A stretch of 64,000 nt of DNA from Callorhinchus milii (Eukaryota): contig NW_024704750.1 of assembly GCF_018977255.1 (NCBI RefSeq), positions 10,168,001-10,232,000 of the forward strand, in the 5' to 3' direction. The stretch's first letter is position 1. The number at the start of each line of letters is the position of its first letter. The notes below the pieces were generated by a model. The model did no database searches and was not told the DNA's origin. It saw nothing but the letters and a program-made list of their open reading frames with translations. Both the position numbers and the translations under genes were made by a program. This document shows positions 39,491 through 52,634 of the stretch, in pieces.

Positions 39491-41159
39491 TCCCTTGCAG
39501 CTCAGGCTAAAAACTTTAATCTCACTAGTAGCAATGCACATGGGTGAAATGGAAAAACACACACAGGGGAAACAGAAACGGGGATGTTCTTTGGGTACCT
39601 AATATTACATTGGTCCTATCTGTAGTATAAATGGGACATTTTCATGAAGCTGAAAGTGGGCAGCTTCGAATGCGGAACTTTGATTACAGCTCCAGGAATA
39701 ACCTGAGCAGATCTGGCTTTCAAAGGTTTGGATGTTCTCCTGTGCGAGTCACCAACATTTAGGTTATGGTTGTGAACCAGGTAAATTATATCTCTGATCA
39801 GATACAGAGTGGAACCTCAGCTGTTACAAATCGTATTACAAACTCGTTGCTATACACATCCTTTCCATCTGCACACATAGTCTTTCAGGGATTGCATCAT
39901 TTCATCTATATATACACATCCGCGTACAGTATCATGATGCAAAACTGCACTAATATTCCTGGAGCAGCTGACTGTAGCAATTACTTGTGATATTATTTTC
40001 ATCTCTTGAGAGGTTACTTACTGATAAATATTACACTCATTTTCCATCTCTTTCCTATTTGGCCAGGACTGTTCTACCTACACACACAGAATTACCTGAA
40101 AATGTAAAGAATACGTTGTATTATTACGTTGTGTTATGTATTCGACAATGTTTGAGTTGCTGACTAAAATAGCCCAGCTGGGATTCTATTTCTCTGTCAG
40201 GGATAAAAGATGCATGTCTTTTTTAAGAAGCATTAATACTCTTTTCAAAATGCTTGTCAGAATTTCCAATTAGAAAACAGAATTTCTAGCTGCCGAGATG
40301 TAAAATACTTATTCTTTTGCAGTGACTGATAGTGTCCTTTGTCACATCTTTGGTTTGCTCAGAGCACGCTAATGTAGCTGCTCTTAAATTTGTGGTATCT
40401 GCATTATTGTATTTCAAACAACCACTCTCTTTTGCCAGCTCTTCCTCATTCTGTGGCCCTCCCCACAGTGCTCTCCTATGCAGTGTCCAGCACATTTATA
40501 CTGCAGAGTTCTGCAGAATTGCTTCAAACACGAGCCGCCATTTCAAAGTCAGTAACAGAATATTTTCTGTTTCTGCGGGTAAGGTCCATGCAGTTCTGAA
40601 ATACTCACATCATATCCACATCAGTCATGTTTCTAGCTTATCATTCCATCCCTTCCAGATGTCGGTTTTGTTTTACCTGTTCTCAGTATCAGGTCTTGTT
40701 TTATTTTTACACTCCATTCAATTAATACACAGTAAATCAAAATCAGCTTTAAGACAATCCATGATTTATTGCTGCACAACGCACCTGAATGGAGCTTTCC
40801 TCTTTATGACACAATTTTATTTCAGTTTAAACAAAGGCTTTTATTAAAGAATAAGCCATGCTTGTATCTTTTTTTAATAACAATCAAAAAACTTAACAGA
40901 CTTTGGCACAAGTTCTCCCAAATCCTGGATGAGATGGATTTGAAGCAGGCAGTACAAATTGTGGTTCCCTGCTCCGAATAGCTCTACTATTGGAATCAAT
41001 GTCACTTTACTTCCCCAGTATATTAAAAAAAGGTCATAAGAAAGAGTAAAAGGTTTTACAATCTTTTGTAAAAGGATCGACTTCAAGATCCTCACACTTG
41101 TGTTCAGGTGTTGTGGGTTGGGAATTAGCAGATTGAATAGTATCCTAAAGGAGTATCAT

Positions 41160-41860
41160 TTAACGTTCACTTGCATGCGCAAATACTCATCCGAAGAATA
41201 GCACCTCCAACTTTGCAGTACTCCCCCAGCACTGCACTTGAGTCTCATCCTAGTCTATGGGTTCCAGTCCTGATGTGAGACTTGAATCCAAAACCTTCTG
41301 ACTCAGAGACGAGAGTGCTACCAAGTTGGAGGTGTTGTTCTTTGGATGAGGCAGGAAACCTAGTATTCGTTAGTGCAAGTGAACATAAAATGATATGATT
41401 CCTCTAGGATACTATTCAATCTGCTCATTCCCAAACTCACATCACACAAGCATGGCAAAAACAACTTAGACAACGAAGATGTAGCACATCAAGCAAGTCT
41501 ATTCAGATTCAATATTATTATCTAGGAAAGCTCTATTCAGGTGCATTGTGCAGTTTACAGTGAATCCTTCACAGTGAGCGCCTTGGGACGTCCTCCAGAC
41601 ATGAAAGGCCCTATTCAAATGTAATGTTGTATTAAAGATCCCTATTTGAAAAGACAAGGGTGTTCCAATTGTCCAATCAACAATCCCTCAGATAAAATTG
41701 GTCATTCACTTCATTTGTGGGACATTGCTATATGCAAATTGGCTACCAAGTTTACCTACAAATACATAGTCACTACAGTTTACAGTAAATATTGTGAAGG
41801 GCATTGGGATATTTCGACAACCTAATAAGGTGCTATATCAAATAAAAGGATTATTATTAT
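41160..41860. mobile_element. Cluster of Deu-SINE fragments (- at about 41160-41325; + at about 41635-41860)
   Basis: CTCATCCGAAGAATAGCACCTCC..CCTTCTGACTCAGAG..GAGAGTGCTACC (reverse-complement head and core) and a + strand tail. Confidence 0.7.
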
Positions 41861-42504
41861 GAACTCACAGCTCACAAGATTTCTGTGATACAGAGAGCCA
41901 AGTAATCACACTCCTCTACGAGTTCATTCTGCTCATTCCCAATCTCACTGGTTTGCTTGTCAGTTGAGAACATCACCCTCAAAAATGCAGTCACTGCAAT
42001 ATACAGTGAATCCTGTGAAGCGCTAGGGACATCGTTCCGACGTAAAAGCGTTCTGGGACGCTATGTGTGAGGGGCGCTATGTAAATGCAAGTTGTTGTTG
42101 AAAGGCTTATACCAAATGTTAGGATGATGATAATTGTGTCTTCACTGCAACATTTGCAGCAAAGCCACAACTCCAAAGACAGTAAAACCATCTTTCAACT
42201 AACCGGTGATGAAAGAATGTCGTCAATATTTACACACAAGATGCAAGATAACATCACACAAGCATAGCAAAAACAATTTAGACAGCGCAGATGTAGAACA
42301 TCAAAACAGGTCTATTCAGATTCAATATTATTACCTAGAAACATGCGACTCAATCCTCCCACTTCATTTAAGCATACAATTATTTTCTGTAATGTACAAT
42401 AATAGTTTGGAGCTGGGCTGTATTATTTGACTTTTGAGGTCTCTATGTAAGTAATGTTAGTGAGTTGAAATGTTGCAGAAAAGAACCATAAGCTTTTGTT
42501 TCGT

Positions 42505-42655
42505 TTTGATTCATCCAGGTGTCTGACACGTGCAAAATCCTATCGCCATGCTTAAGAGCACCCAAAACAGAGTTCCACTTATGTATGCCACCTAAATATG
42601 GAAATTTCCCTGTGTCTAGAATGGATTGTGCACTCTCTCCCTACAGCAGTGCATT
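42505..42655. repeat. Dispersed repeat of unknown class, copy 2 (inverted relative to 24410-24570)
   Basis: GGTGTCTGACACGTGC..TGCCACCTAAATATGGAAATTTCCCTGTGTCTAGAATGG. Confidence 0.7.
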
Positions 42656-42932
42656 CTGCTTACGTACCCATGCAGAAAGTAGCTTATTAGGTGCACGAGC
42701 CAAGGCTTGGGATTCCCAGAGTGTGCATTGGAGTACTGCTGAAATTTAACCAGCTAAAACCTATTTGAGATTTTAATACCTATTTGAGAGTCAAAGCCTA
42801 GAATAACAGTAACAGAGGAACAGGAGTAAGCATACACCCCATTGAGCCTGTCTAAACAATAAGGCTTTACTTACTTGAAAAATGTATCGTCACAATTTAT
42901 AGAGCAAAAATGAAGGAATTCACCAAGACTCT

Positions 42933-43275
42933 TTTACTGTGAAATGAAGTAACTGTATTTGTAGGCAAACATTTGCACCAAGCAGTGTCCCACAAACAGC
43001 CATGAAACAAGTAACCAATTTTATTTGGGGGATTGTTGGCCAGGACACCGGGAGAAACTCCCTTCTCTTTTTGAATAGTGCCATGGGATTTTTAACGTCC
43101 ACCTGAACAGGCAGATGGGACCTCGGTTTAACGTCTCATCCGAAAGATGACACCTCTGAATGCAACACACCCTCAGTGGTGCATTTGAGTGTCAGCTTAT
43201 ACTATGATTTGACGTGGGATTTGAACCCACAACCTTGTGACTCAGAGGCGACAGTGCTACCACTGAGCTAGGCTG
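42933..43275 (-). mobile_element. Deu-domain SINE, best-preserved copy
   Basis: Reverse complement gives a tRNA-like head, GGATGAGACGTTAAACCGAGGTCCC..CCTGTTCAGGTGGACGTTAAAAATCCCATGGCACTATTC core and 3' body. Confidence 0.87.
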
Positions 43276-46200
43276 TCCTTTTAAAATCTCACTTGCCTGT
43301 GAGAAAACCACTGCAGTGAAACATACAAACTAGGTAAACTTTCTTCGGCAAAGCTGTGCTTTAATTCTTTCCAGGAGAAACTTTTCCAATAAAAAGAAAC
43401 TCAATAAAAAGAAGACTTATCCATCCAGCAGCCTACCTAATATTGTGGGAACTCATCAACTAGAAGTGAAATTTAAGCTCACACTCAGCTATCTCCTTAA
43501 CAATCAGAAACCTACAGGTAGAGTAGTTTTACCTGATAAGAGCAAAGAGTTAAAAGCAAAATGACTGCCAATATAACTGATAAATACATGATAGATTTTA
43601 AGAGGAAAGCTTTCCTGCTGGGGCTTCTACACATCAGAGGTTCTCGTTGAGGTCCTGGGGTTAAGCAGCCTTTGGATGTTGAGATGTACACAGGCTCCGA
43701 TTGCTTCCTATTTGTGGGATAATGCATTGCCCAGCCTAACGCACACAGAGCTGAAATGTCACATCTCCAAATGAGGCTGCTCAATGGTGTACTTTGCTTT
43801 GAAATGTGCATCTCTTTGAGAGGAGGGATCAATACAGTTCGACAGAAGAGACCTACATCACGCACACTCTGAACTTTAACAACCCATCCTAGGTAATGAT
43901 GACATACATTTTGGCCATCAGAATACATACACTGTCTTTGTTTCCAACACCATGACAACCAAATACATTTGAATTCAAAGTAAAACTGTGTCCACAGTTT
44001 AGTTCCAAACTACGTTTAGTTTTGTAAAACATTAGTCTCAGTGGGTAAAATGCTCAACCACAAAGAGCAGCTAAATTTTCGTTTTGGGTTTCTATGGTTT
44101 GGACGAGAGTGTGTCAGTATTGAAACTCGGTTTAAATCCTAGTGCTACGTTAATTATCTATTATACAAATTGATGTATAAAAAAAACAAAGATTCAATCA
44201 AAATATAATAAATTATTGAGGTGATGTTCCCAAAAGTACATAGACCCAGTTTGCATTTTTGTGTTCGCTTAACAAAGAGTTAGGTAATTTTGTTTTCCAC
44301 TCTGAAAAGATTTCTGCCTCCATCACATTCCCAAAGTCTCAAGTTGCTATTTTGGTCCAGTCTATTGTCTGATCTTGGCTCATCACATTTTATGCATGAA
44401 TAATTTTTTTNATCTCCATATGCTCTTCATATACAAGACTCATTGCGAATGGTCAACATTTGTGGAGACAAGGCTGGATGACTCTAAAATAAATTAAATG
44501 CTTATTTCTGCAAACAGTCAAAATGTTTAATATTTACTGCTAAAAGCTACAGTAGCATAGCATAGATTGAATTAACACACTCTTGTCTAGGCAAACAATT
44601 TAGTACAAATGCAATATGGAAGTGAAAGAAACGCTGCTGGAAATATTCTTCTATGAGGTTAACACTGAGTGACCAACAAAAATATTTTCCCTCAAAAACA
44701 ACCCAATCTCTGAAGCCACCCTCAATTTGAATGAGTCAATATCAAGTAGGAAAAAACAGACAGCAAGGTGAGTCTCTGATAGCTCACTGGGTTAGCCACA
44801 CAGCCCACGTGTTGCAGATATGTGAACATTCCAGGTTCAATCCTGGCTCGGCACCGAGTTTAAATAAACGGTAGCAGCCAAGGTTCTCATTCTTCATAGT
44901 TATTCAGTGGTTCCTGCAGAAAACTACGCCCTTGTGAATGATAATAGTAAAAAATAATCCTTGCATTTGATATTGTTTCTTTCACGTCAGGAGGACATTT
45001 CAAAGCACTCCACAGGATTCACTGTTAAAAAAAGTAGTGACTGGGTATTGTTGTAGGTGAATGATCTTGTTCAGAATGATTGGGTTCAGGTACAGTGTCC
45101 CCCCACATTCAATCAACCTGACACTTATTGTCCAGGCTCATATCTGAAAAGTAGTCACTTAGATGAAGCACCAAACGACAGCTGATATTTTCGGGGCCAC
45201 AAGAAGACAGGTTCAGGAGAGAAGTAAGAGAAAATTATGGAAACGAAAAGAAGGGAAAGGCTGCACAAAATTAAACTTGGAACTTCCAAAATGACTCCTA
45301 TAAAACTAATATTGAATTTAGTGCATGTTTGCAATATTGTTAGTGAACAATACAGAAAAGGAGAACATACTGTAAGTTTTGGTAACCAAGAAGTGTAAAT
45401 TATTTTCAATGTGTGTGGATTTATTTGAAAAATTTACCTTGCAGTCACATGGGAATTCCCATTATTAGACGTTGTTATCTTTAAAAATATATACTCCCGC
45501 CAGTCACTACATCCATGGCACCACAACATTTTTTAAAAGGGGTTCAAAAGTGTTTTACCTGAACATCAATTGACAGTCCTGCTGAGGGGATAACTACCTT
45601 CGTATTTTATGGTCTATAAATGTAAAATAGCACACACTTTCAGAATTACTCAGAGGCAAAATGCATCTTAAGTGACACAATTGACAATAGTTCTAGTTGC
45701 CATGGTATCTGGCTTTTCTGTTATTAGAATACAAGTGCTTTTCACAATTGCTGTTGATTCGATTTTTTTTAGCAGCGCCATCAGCTCCATTACCCACGCC
45801 CACAATGAACATGGGGATTAGCTTGAAAACCTTAGGAGACTTTTCCGGTAGAAAATCTCCCCATCGATTTAGCACAGGGGCCAACTAAAAGTTTCTTACG
45901 AATCTTCAGGTGGAAAGGGGTGTGGGGTTGGGTGGGGGTGGGTGGCGCGGGCATTGTGTCTGGGTGAGGAGGAAAAAAATTGGTAGCGGTCGCCATGGCA
46001 ATAGAAAACAGCAGTCTGTAAAAATACTGTGGTCTGCGCTGATGTAAGAGGCCATCATTCAAAGCAAGAAGTGAAATTGAAATTTCAAGACAGAAATAAC
46101 AACATTTGCATTCCCTGTTCACTGAACCAAAATGCTGCTTGGCATCGATAAACAAGTGGTTTCACATTGATGAACCTTATTAGAAACCTTTACTGACTAT

Positions 46201-48458
46201 TTGCAGTGTTGTGCCACGAGAGGAACATTCCTGGCTATTTCAAATACATTTTTTGCATGTATTTTTGGGCCTCGCATACAGCTACTGAGTAAACCACATC
46301 GTAACATTAGTCAGTTTACCAACACTACAAAACAAGTGGGAAATAATCCATTTATTTAATAATTTCCCACCCGCTACTGTTTGTGCAAATGTATGGCAGC
46401 CGGGTGTGAAAGTGGCCAGGCCGACTGTGAAATCCCACAGATGGTTGGTGCTCACTGACCAGGCTCACACATGATTAATGGCCACTCAGGTGGGATATCA
46501 GAGGCCATCCAGCACCCATGGAGCTGCATCCCAGCAAACAGAGATGAAACCAGGAGTAGAGAGGCATATGTTCAGTGGAGACACAATTTTAAAAACAACA
46601 ACTTGCATTATACAATGCACTTCATGCAGGATAGCAACGGAGCCCCATACACTGACAGGGTCAGACACTGAGCATGGGAAAAGGGAGAGGTAGAGGTGAT
46701 CATAGGCATGGGTCCAAGAGGTAGCTCAAAAATGACGACAGACTAAAACTTTTTTTAAAAAAAACAAATGTGTCAGACAAGTAAGTGTAAAGGTTAGACT
46801 CCTTACTTCCTGGAACAGTGGGCCAAAGGACTTTTGCACCATGTGAAAAGTTCTCCGCCCCGAATTTGTATGTCATAAAACTGTTTTTGCAAAGAGGACC
46901 TTTGGATTTGACAACATGTTTATTCAGTAAATCAACAACCATAAGTCAACCAATATTCCAACAACAAATTGCATTTATACAGCACCTTTCATACCCTGAG
47001 GATGTCCCAAGGCACTATGCTTTCTTCAGCAGAAGTAGCTGTTTGTATGAATAGTTAATCAATAAATACACTGCATGTAGTTATATCAGGAGAGGCGATT
47101 TAAAGAAACTTAGGCAATAATTCAAAAGTATATAAAGGCAGGATTGGGACAGTCAATTCACTTTACAATATATTCTGTGAAGCACTTTGAGATGCCTCAA
47201 AAACGTGATGAGGTGCTATATCAAATGCAAGAATTATTATTATTAGATAACTGGATCCCATTTTCTGTAGTTCTTAAAAAAATACAGAAAATTCACTTAA
47301 AAATGAAAGAGTTGACACACTCCGGGTGCTCTGAAATGCTATGTTAATAGAATAAATTTAGGTTTAGTAGAGATTTTCTTCAAAAGACTCTGGGGGCCGG
47401 CATGTAAATCGTAGAGAGAAGATTTGCATGCATTTAACATGCTGCTTGATTCCGTTTGAAAGGAAAGAAAAAGATGCGACACTGCAAGTCAATCAGCAAT
47501 AGATATTCTGGCAATCAGGAATTCTGTAACAATGGCTAGATTTCCGTACTTGAGGTCTGTCTAGTTTGATGGCTTGAATACAAACTATGGCACTGTTAAC
47601 ATCATTATATTAGAGAACATGATTTTGCTGAGAAGTGTAGTAACTGTGCATTTGTGGGCAAACACAGCAGTCAATTTTCACTGAGCGAAGCGGGTGCCAG
47701 CAGTGTATATTGCTGATCTTTAAAGCAGAAGTGTGAGCAAATGGCTTTTCCTTAAAAATAGGGATACATATATTTTAGGATTTTATAGAAGCGAGAGTGA
47801 ATGTTGTAATTATTAACTTGTTGTTTATTTTAATCTAGAGATTGTTTTCCCAGTGAAACCTAGTACCTAGTTTTTTTTAAAAGCAAAAAAAAATTCTATT
47901 CTATGTAGTCATAGAATAGAATTTTTTTTTGCTTTTAAAAAAAAGTTTCATCATTAATACAACAATCGTGCATGTGGAGCAAAAAACAGTTGCAGAGAAT
48001 TTACTAATACCCAGTATTGTGCGTTTCAGTGTAGAACTACAAAAGCAGAAGTATGGCATTTTGCTAATAGTCACAGGACACTGCATCTCTTCAGTGAGGA
48101 TATCTTGTGAGAAGGCCAATTCACTCCCATCCAATGATGTTCAGATGTCTGATGATTATCCCCTCTCCATTCAGTTTGTGCTCACTGTAAACCTCTGCTA
48201 TCAGATTCCTAGCCATTGCCATCCCTCGACAACATAAAACAATTCTGCAAGATTGGTGCAAAAATGTTTTATGTTTTTACACAGGAAAAAAATGTGCAAA
48301 GTTGCATTTCAGGCTGTATAACACTTCAAGATACAGTTGATCTTCATAAAGTGCTCACATTATTATATTGCTCTCATTTACCATACTCTTGAGTACCTGT
48401 TATCCTATGTGTTGCAATATTCATCATACTTATCACTGAACTTTGAAAATTCATAGTC

Positions 48459-48700
48459 TAATAATAATAATAATCCTTGCATTTGATATAGCGCTTTTTC
48501 ACGTCTTCTAGACGTCTGAAAGCACTTCACAGAATATACTGTAAACTGAATTGACTGTATATTTGTGGGTGAAACCCGGCAGCCAAATGCGCACAGCAGT
48601 GTCCCACAAACAGTTGTGCGTTGAAAGTGACCAATTTATTATTTTTTGTTGTTTTGGAGGGATTATTATTAGGCGTGTGGAGTAAGGAAAATTGCCCAAG
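48459..48700 (-). mobile_element. Short-form SINE, 5'-truncated
   Basis: (AAT)n tail then reverse-complement body ending at TTGCCCAAG. Confidence 0.88.
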
Positions 48701-50397
48701 GTGGCTCTATTGTGCTAGTGTCTCAAATGGTTAGAATACCCACTCTTCTGCCTTCCCATTACAGCATCAAACACGTCTGGTGTCTTGTCCTTACCACTCG
48801 GTCAACTCCCACTCTTCCCTTGCTTGGCATCCAACCTCACCACTGTACAATGCTCTAAGATGCTAGTTTAGTTTTCAAGTTGATCCATTTTTGGAGTCTG
48901 ATGCGCAGGGTAGGTTTTCCCTGTTCCATGTAAAGGTTTACTTTGCAAGTTTGAAAATGAAACAGAATGGTTGGAATACCAAAGGTTGTTGCAAATTTAT
49001 CGCTGTGTCACACGCTTATGACAGAAATGATACACACACGTTTCTTCCTCCTGAAACGCAGTCTTCAAACCTCACAGTGACTGCCAGGTGATCTGTAGTG
49101 CCCCTTGACTTAATGAACTACTGGCCTGAAACATGTACATTATTTAAAGTTCGTCAACTCGTCACTTTGACAGTTAATTTGTGAAACTGACTGTAAAAGA
49201 AAGCACTTCATCAGTTGTGAAAGGAAGTTATTTATAGATGATTACTTTGTGAAGTTGTCGTCTGAAACCAGCCAAGAAACACACAAGCTCACAGTTACCC
49301 AAATACTATGGAAGATTAAGCCTGAAACAATGGAGCAAATTGGAACAAAAGACGCTATTTTAGGCAACAGTTCTAACAGAATTCTTAGAAACTGCTCATA
49401 TGGAAACTAACTTGAAGTGAGAGACAGCACAATATAAAAGAGAGTCTTCAGTACTTTAACAATATCGTGAGTGCTTTGTTTTTGTAGCTCCCACCATATG
49501 TTGCAGAAATGTATCAGAAAATGACTGCCCTTCAAAATGTGTTGTGGATGTTTTTCATTTAATCCACTGTTGTGCCAGTATAACTCATATGCTTAGTGCT
49601 ACATTTTTTGCTACAGATATCTCAACCAAAGGGAAATAGTGCATCCTCCCTCCTGATTGTGATATTTTACAGTAAAAAAAGTCAAATGAACCACCTTAGC
49701 TGTTTTGTGCTGGTAGTTGTTTTCAACTAGGAATCCTGCTCCTCATCACTACTAGGCTGATACTGGGCTATGGTTTTACAGGTGCCAGCACCTCTTCAGT
49801 AATTCATCCAAGTGGCTATTCTTTCTCAATGATCCCACACAATTAGCGTAGGCAGCTTATTTGACTTTTGGACTGCCAAGGCCCAATTTGTGCTCGCTTA
49901 ACATCCTCACCAAAACATTTTGTTGTAAGGACCAGATTGAAAGTCAGTGAGCACATTGAGTTTATTCCCTCCTCTATGTTGGCCAATTACACTGAAGCCA
50001 AATGTAGTGCATTTCCTTCACACCATGAAAAATCATCAAGCAGCAAAGAGTAGCGATTGAACGAGGTGGCTGCGTGGCACAGCCTGCTGATTTATTTAAG
50101 AGCCCCAAAAATCCCTTTTTACAACCATACTTAAAAATAACCTAGAAAAAAAAACATATTAATTTTCCATCAGTGTAACAACATCCAAATTACGGAGTAC
50201 TTTCCTTCAGGTTTTTTTTAAACTAAATAATTTGCAAAATATCTCTTTCATCAATTTGATGCATTCAAATTGCTTGTCACTTTGTTACTCACAAATGATT
50301 AAGTCAGTTTCACTCGCAAAACTATTAATTGTGTCACAGTGCAGGATTCAACACATACTTCGTGGTTTGAGTGAGGCAGACAATGCAGATAAGAAGA

Positions 50398-50774
50398 TAA
50401 TAATTATAATAATCCTTACATTTGATATAGCACCTTATCACATCTTCGAGACATCTCAAAACACTTTACAGAATACAGTGTAAAGTGAATTGACTGTATA
50501 TTTTGTGGGCAAAACGCAGCAGCCAATTGTGCAAAGCATTGTTCGACAAACAATCATGGATTAAGCGATAAATTATTATTATTTATTTTTTAAAGGGATT
50601 ATTAACCCTGGGAAAGGGATCTGCCAATCAACTAACAAACAGGTTCCTTACTTACTGCTAGGTAAACATAGGTGTGTGGAGTAAGGAAACTTGCCCAACA
50701 TTTTGCCTTGCTCGGGAGTCGAACCCAGGTCCTCTTGCTTGAGAGGCAAATGATTTAACCACTAAGCTACAGGA
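50398..50774 (-). mobile_element. tRNA-derived SINE, long form, full length
   Basis: Reverse-complement tail, internal segment and head. Confidence 0.88.
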
Positions 50775-52528
50775 AGACCAAATGTAGAATGTAAACAAAA
50801 CTACTTCTTTCAGAGTTCAGTCTTGGAAACCAATAGCTATCAGCACAGAAGAGAATTACTTCATAAGCTAAATGCAACCGATGCAAAGGCCATGAAATGC
50901 TTGGTAAATCTCACTGTTGTTTTACAATAATCAGCTTTGCATTTGATACACCATCTTATATCAAAACATCAGAAAGCACGTCAGAGACACAAATTGCCAA
51001 AGTTACAATGGAAAATGTGCCCACGAACCAGTGTATTTTACTGTGCGGACAATGAAATGAATTTATCACCTGGAGCCTACAGAAAAAAAGTTTACTGTCA
51101 AGTCCTTAAACTTCTGAAGAAAATTATTAGCATTACCTCTAATTTTCTATTCTCTGCAATGAGAGTCAATTGGGATTGTGTCATTTGAGGCAGTAAAAGT
51201 GCAGGTTCATGCCAATACTGATAAAGCTCTGATCTTAGTAGTTGAAAGTCCAAGTTGTGCTTTTTGAGGGTAGCTTGGCAGGAGCAGGTGCCTGTAAATT
51301 CTGAAGCACCTTCAGACTGCTTCACAATGCTTTTAAATCTTCACAAGAGCACAAAATAGGTCAAATGAAGAAGGCCACTTAAACCCATTTTCTCTTATCC
51401 TTCCAGAATAGCAATTCAACCATTTTTCTGTTACAGCATCAACCTGACTCTTCAATGAAACCAAAGGAGAAACGTTGGAATTTCCGTAGCAGGTTGATTT
51501 CGATCCAAAGGAAAGATAGGTTACCAACGTAGCACTTCAAACATTAAACCATTCTTCCTGGTTAGATGGCAAACAACTTTCTGTGGATTGGCAGCATTTC
51601 TGTTTACGTTTCAGATTTACAGCAGCATCTGCATTTCTCTTTCTATTTCTTACATGAATTAGTGTCTTGGCCATAGTTCTCCATCCTTGTAAACTCATTC
51701 TAGCTGTTGATTACCTTCCATATAGAGCCTAACCCATTCGAGCTGCTAATTGCCCTCTGTACAAAGAAGACCCCAATCCAGCAGCTCATCACTGTTTGTA
51801 TACACGCTATTCATCTGATTACATCGCAGCGAATTTTTACTTTAAAAATGAAAACAGTTCTTTGACAGTGGAATAATTTTTGCTGTGCAAGCTTTTTAAC
51901 TTAAATTTAATTCAGTTAAATAAAGAGTAGAAGAAAGTAGCTCATCTCCTCATGGGAGGGGAATCTGAATGATTTCAACTGATACTGTGGTATTAATAAA
52001 ATGAGGGAGTTGGGAAACCTGGATTTCCCTCTGCTGCGGATGTAGTTCCTCCTTGTCACATTTCTATTATTCTTCATGTATTTGAATATGAAAATAGGGA
52101 TTCCAAAAGATGCGTCACTAACCCGCATAAAATAGTAACATTGTGCTCAGATGCAACCTTTTTTTTTAGAAACGGATAGAAATAAGGATTGCAAAATGTG
52201 GTCTCTTTTTTAAGATTCCCATAGAAATAATTTTGTTTTTTAACCTTCTTAGTTTACCCCCAACCTGTGAAATTCCACAACTGAACGTTATGCCATTCTC
52301 CGAATGGTCTGCCCCTAAAAACATAAGCTGGATTGGTGGGATCTTGTTATAAAAGAATGCATTAGCAGAATAAAGGCTGCGTTGACAGAGATCATTACTG
52401 CAGCCAGAAATGCTAAATATAATGGAAATGTTTGCACAAACAGAATGGAATAGTAGAGGTTAATGAGCCAGCATTCTAATTTCTGTGTCGCTGGATGCTC
52501 TGGTAATTTTCCACTTCTTATTATGCAG

Positions 52529-52634
52529 ATGCAGACGGGAACTTGTGTCGAAGCAGCTACCTGTTGCATGTGACTCTCACCATGCACCGCTTCACCATGT
52601 CATCTACCGAGTTACTGCAGAAACTCATCACACT
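52529..52634 (+). CDS. RASGRP1: RASGRP1 exon 3 (REM domain): [36 protein letters not shown]
   Basis: ATGCAG acceptor, 106 nt, ends at U12 donor ATATCCTTT. Matches RASGRP1 [33 protein letters not shown]. Confidence 0.95.

Noticed and set aside
40332-40847. 171-aa ORF in intron 2
   Set aside because: No recognisable domain, non-ATG start and no convincing splice or codon signal.
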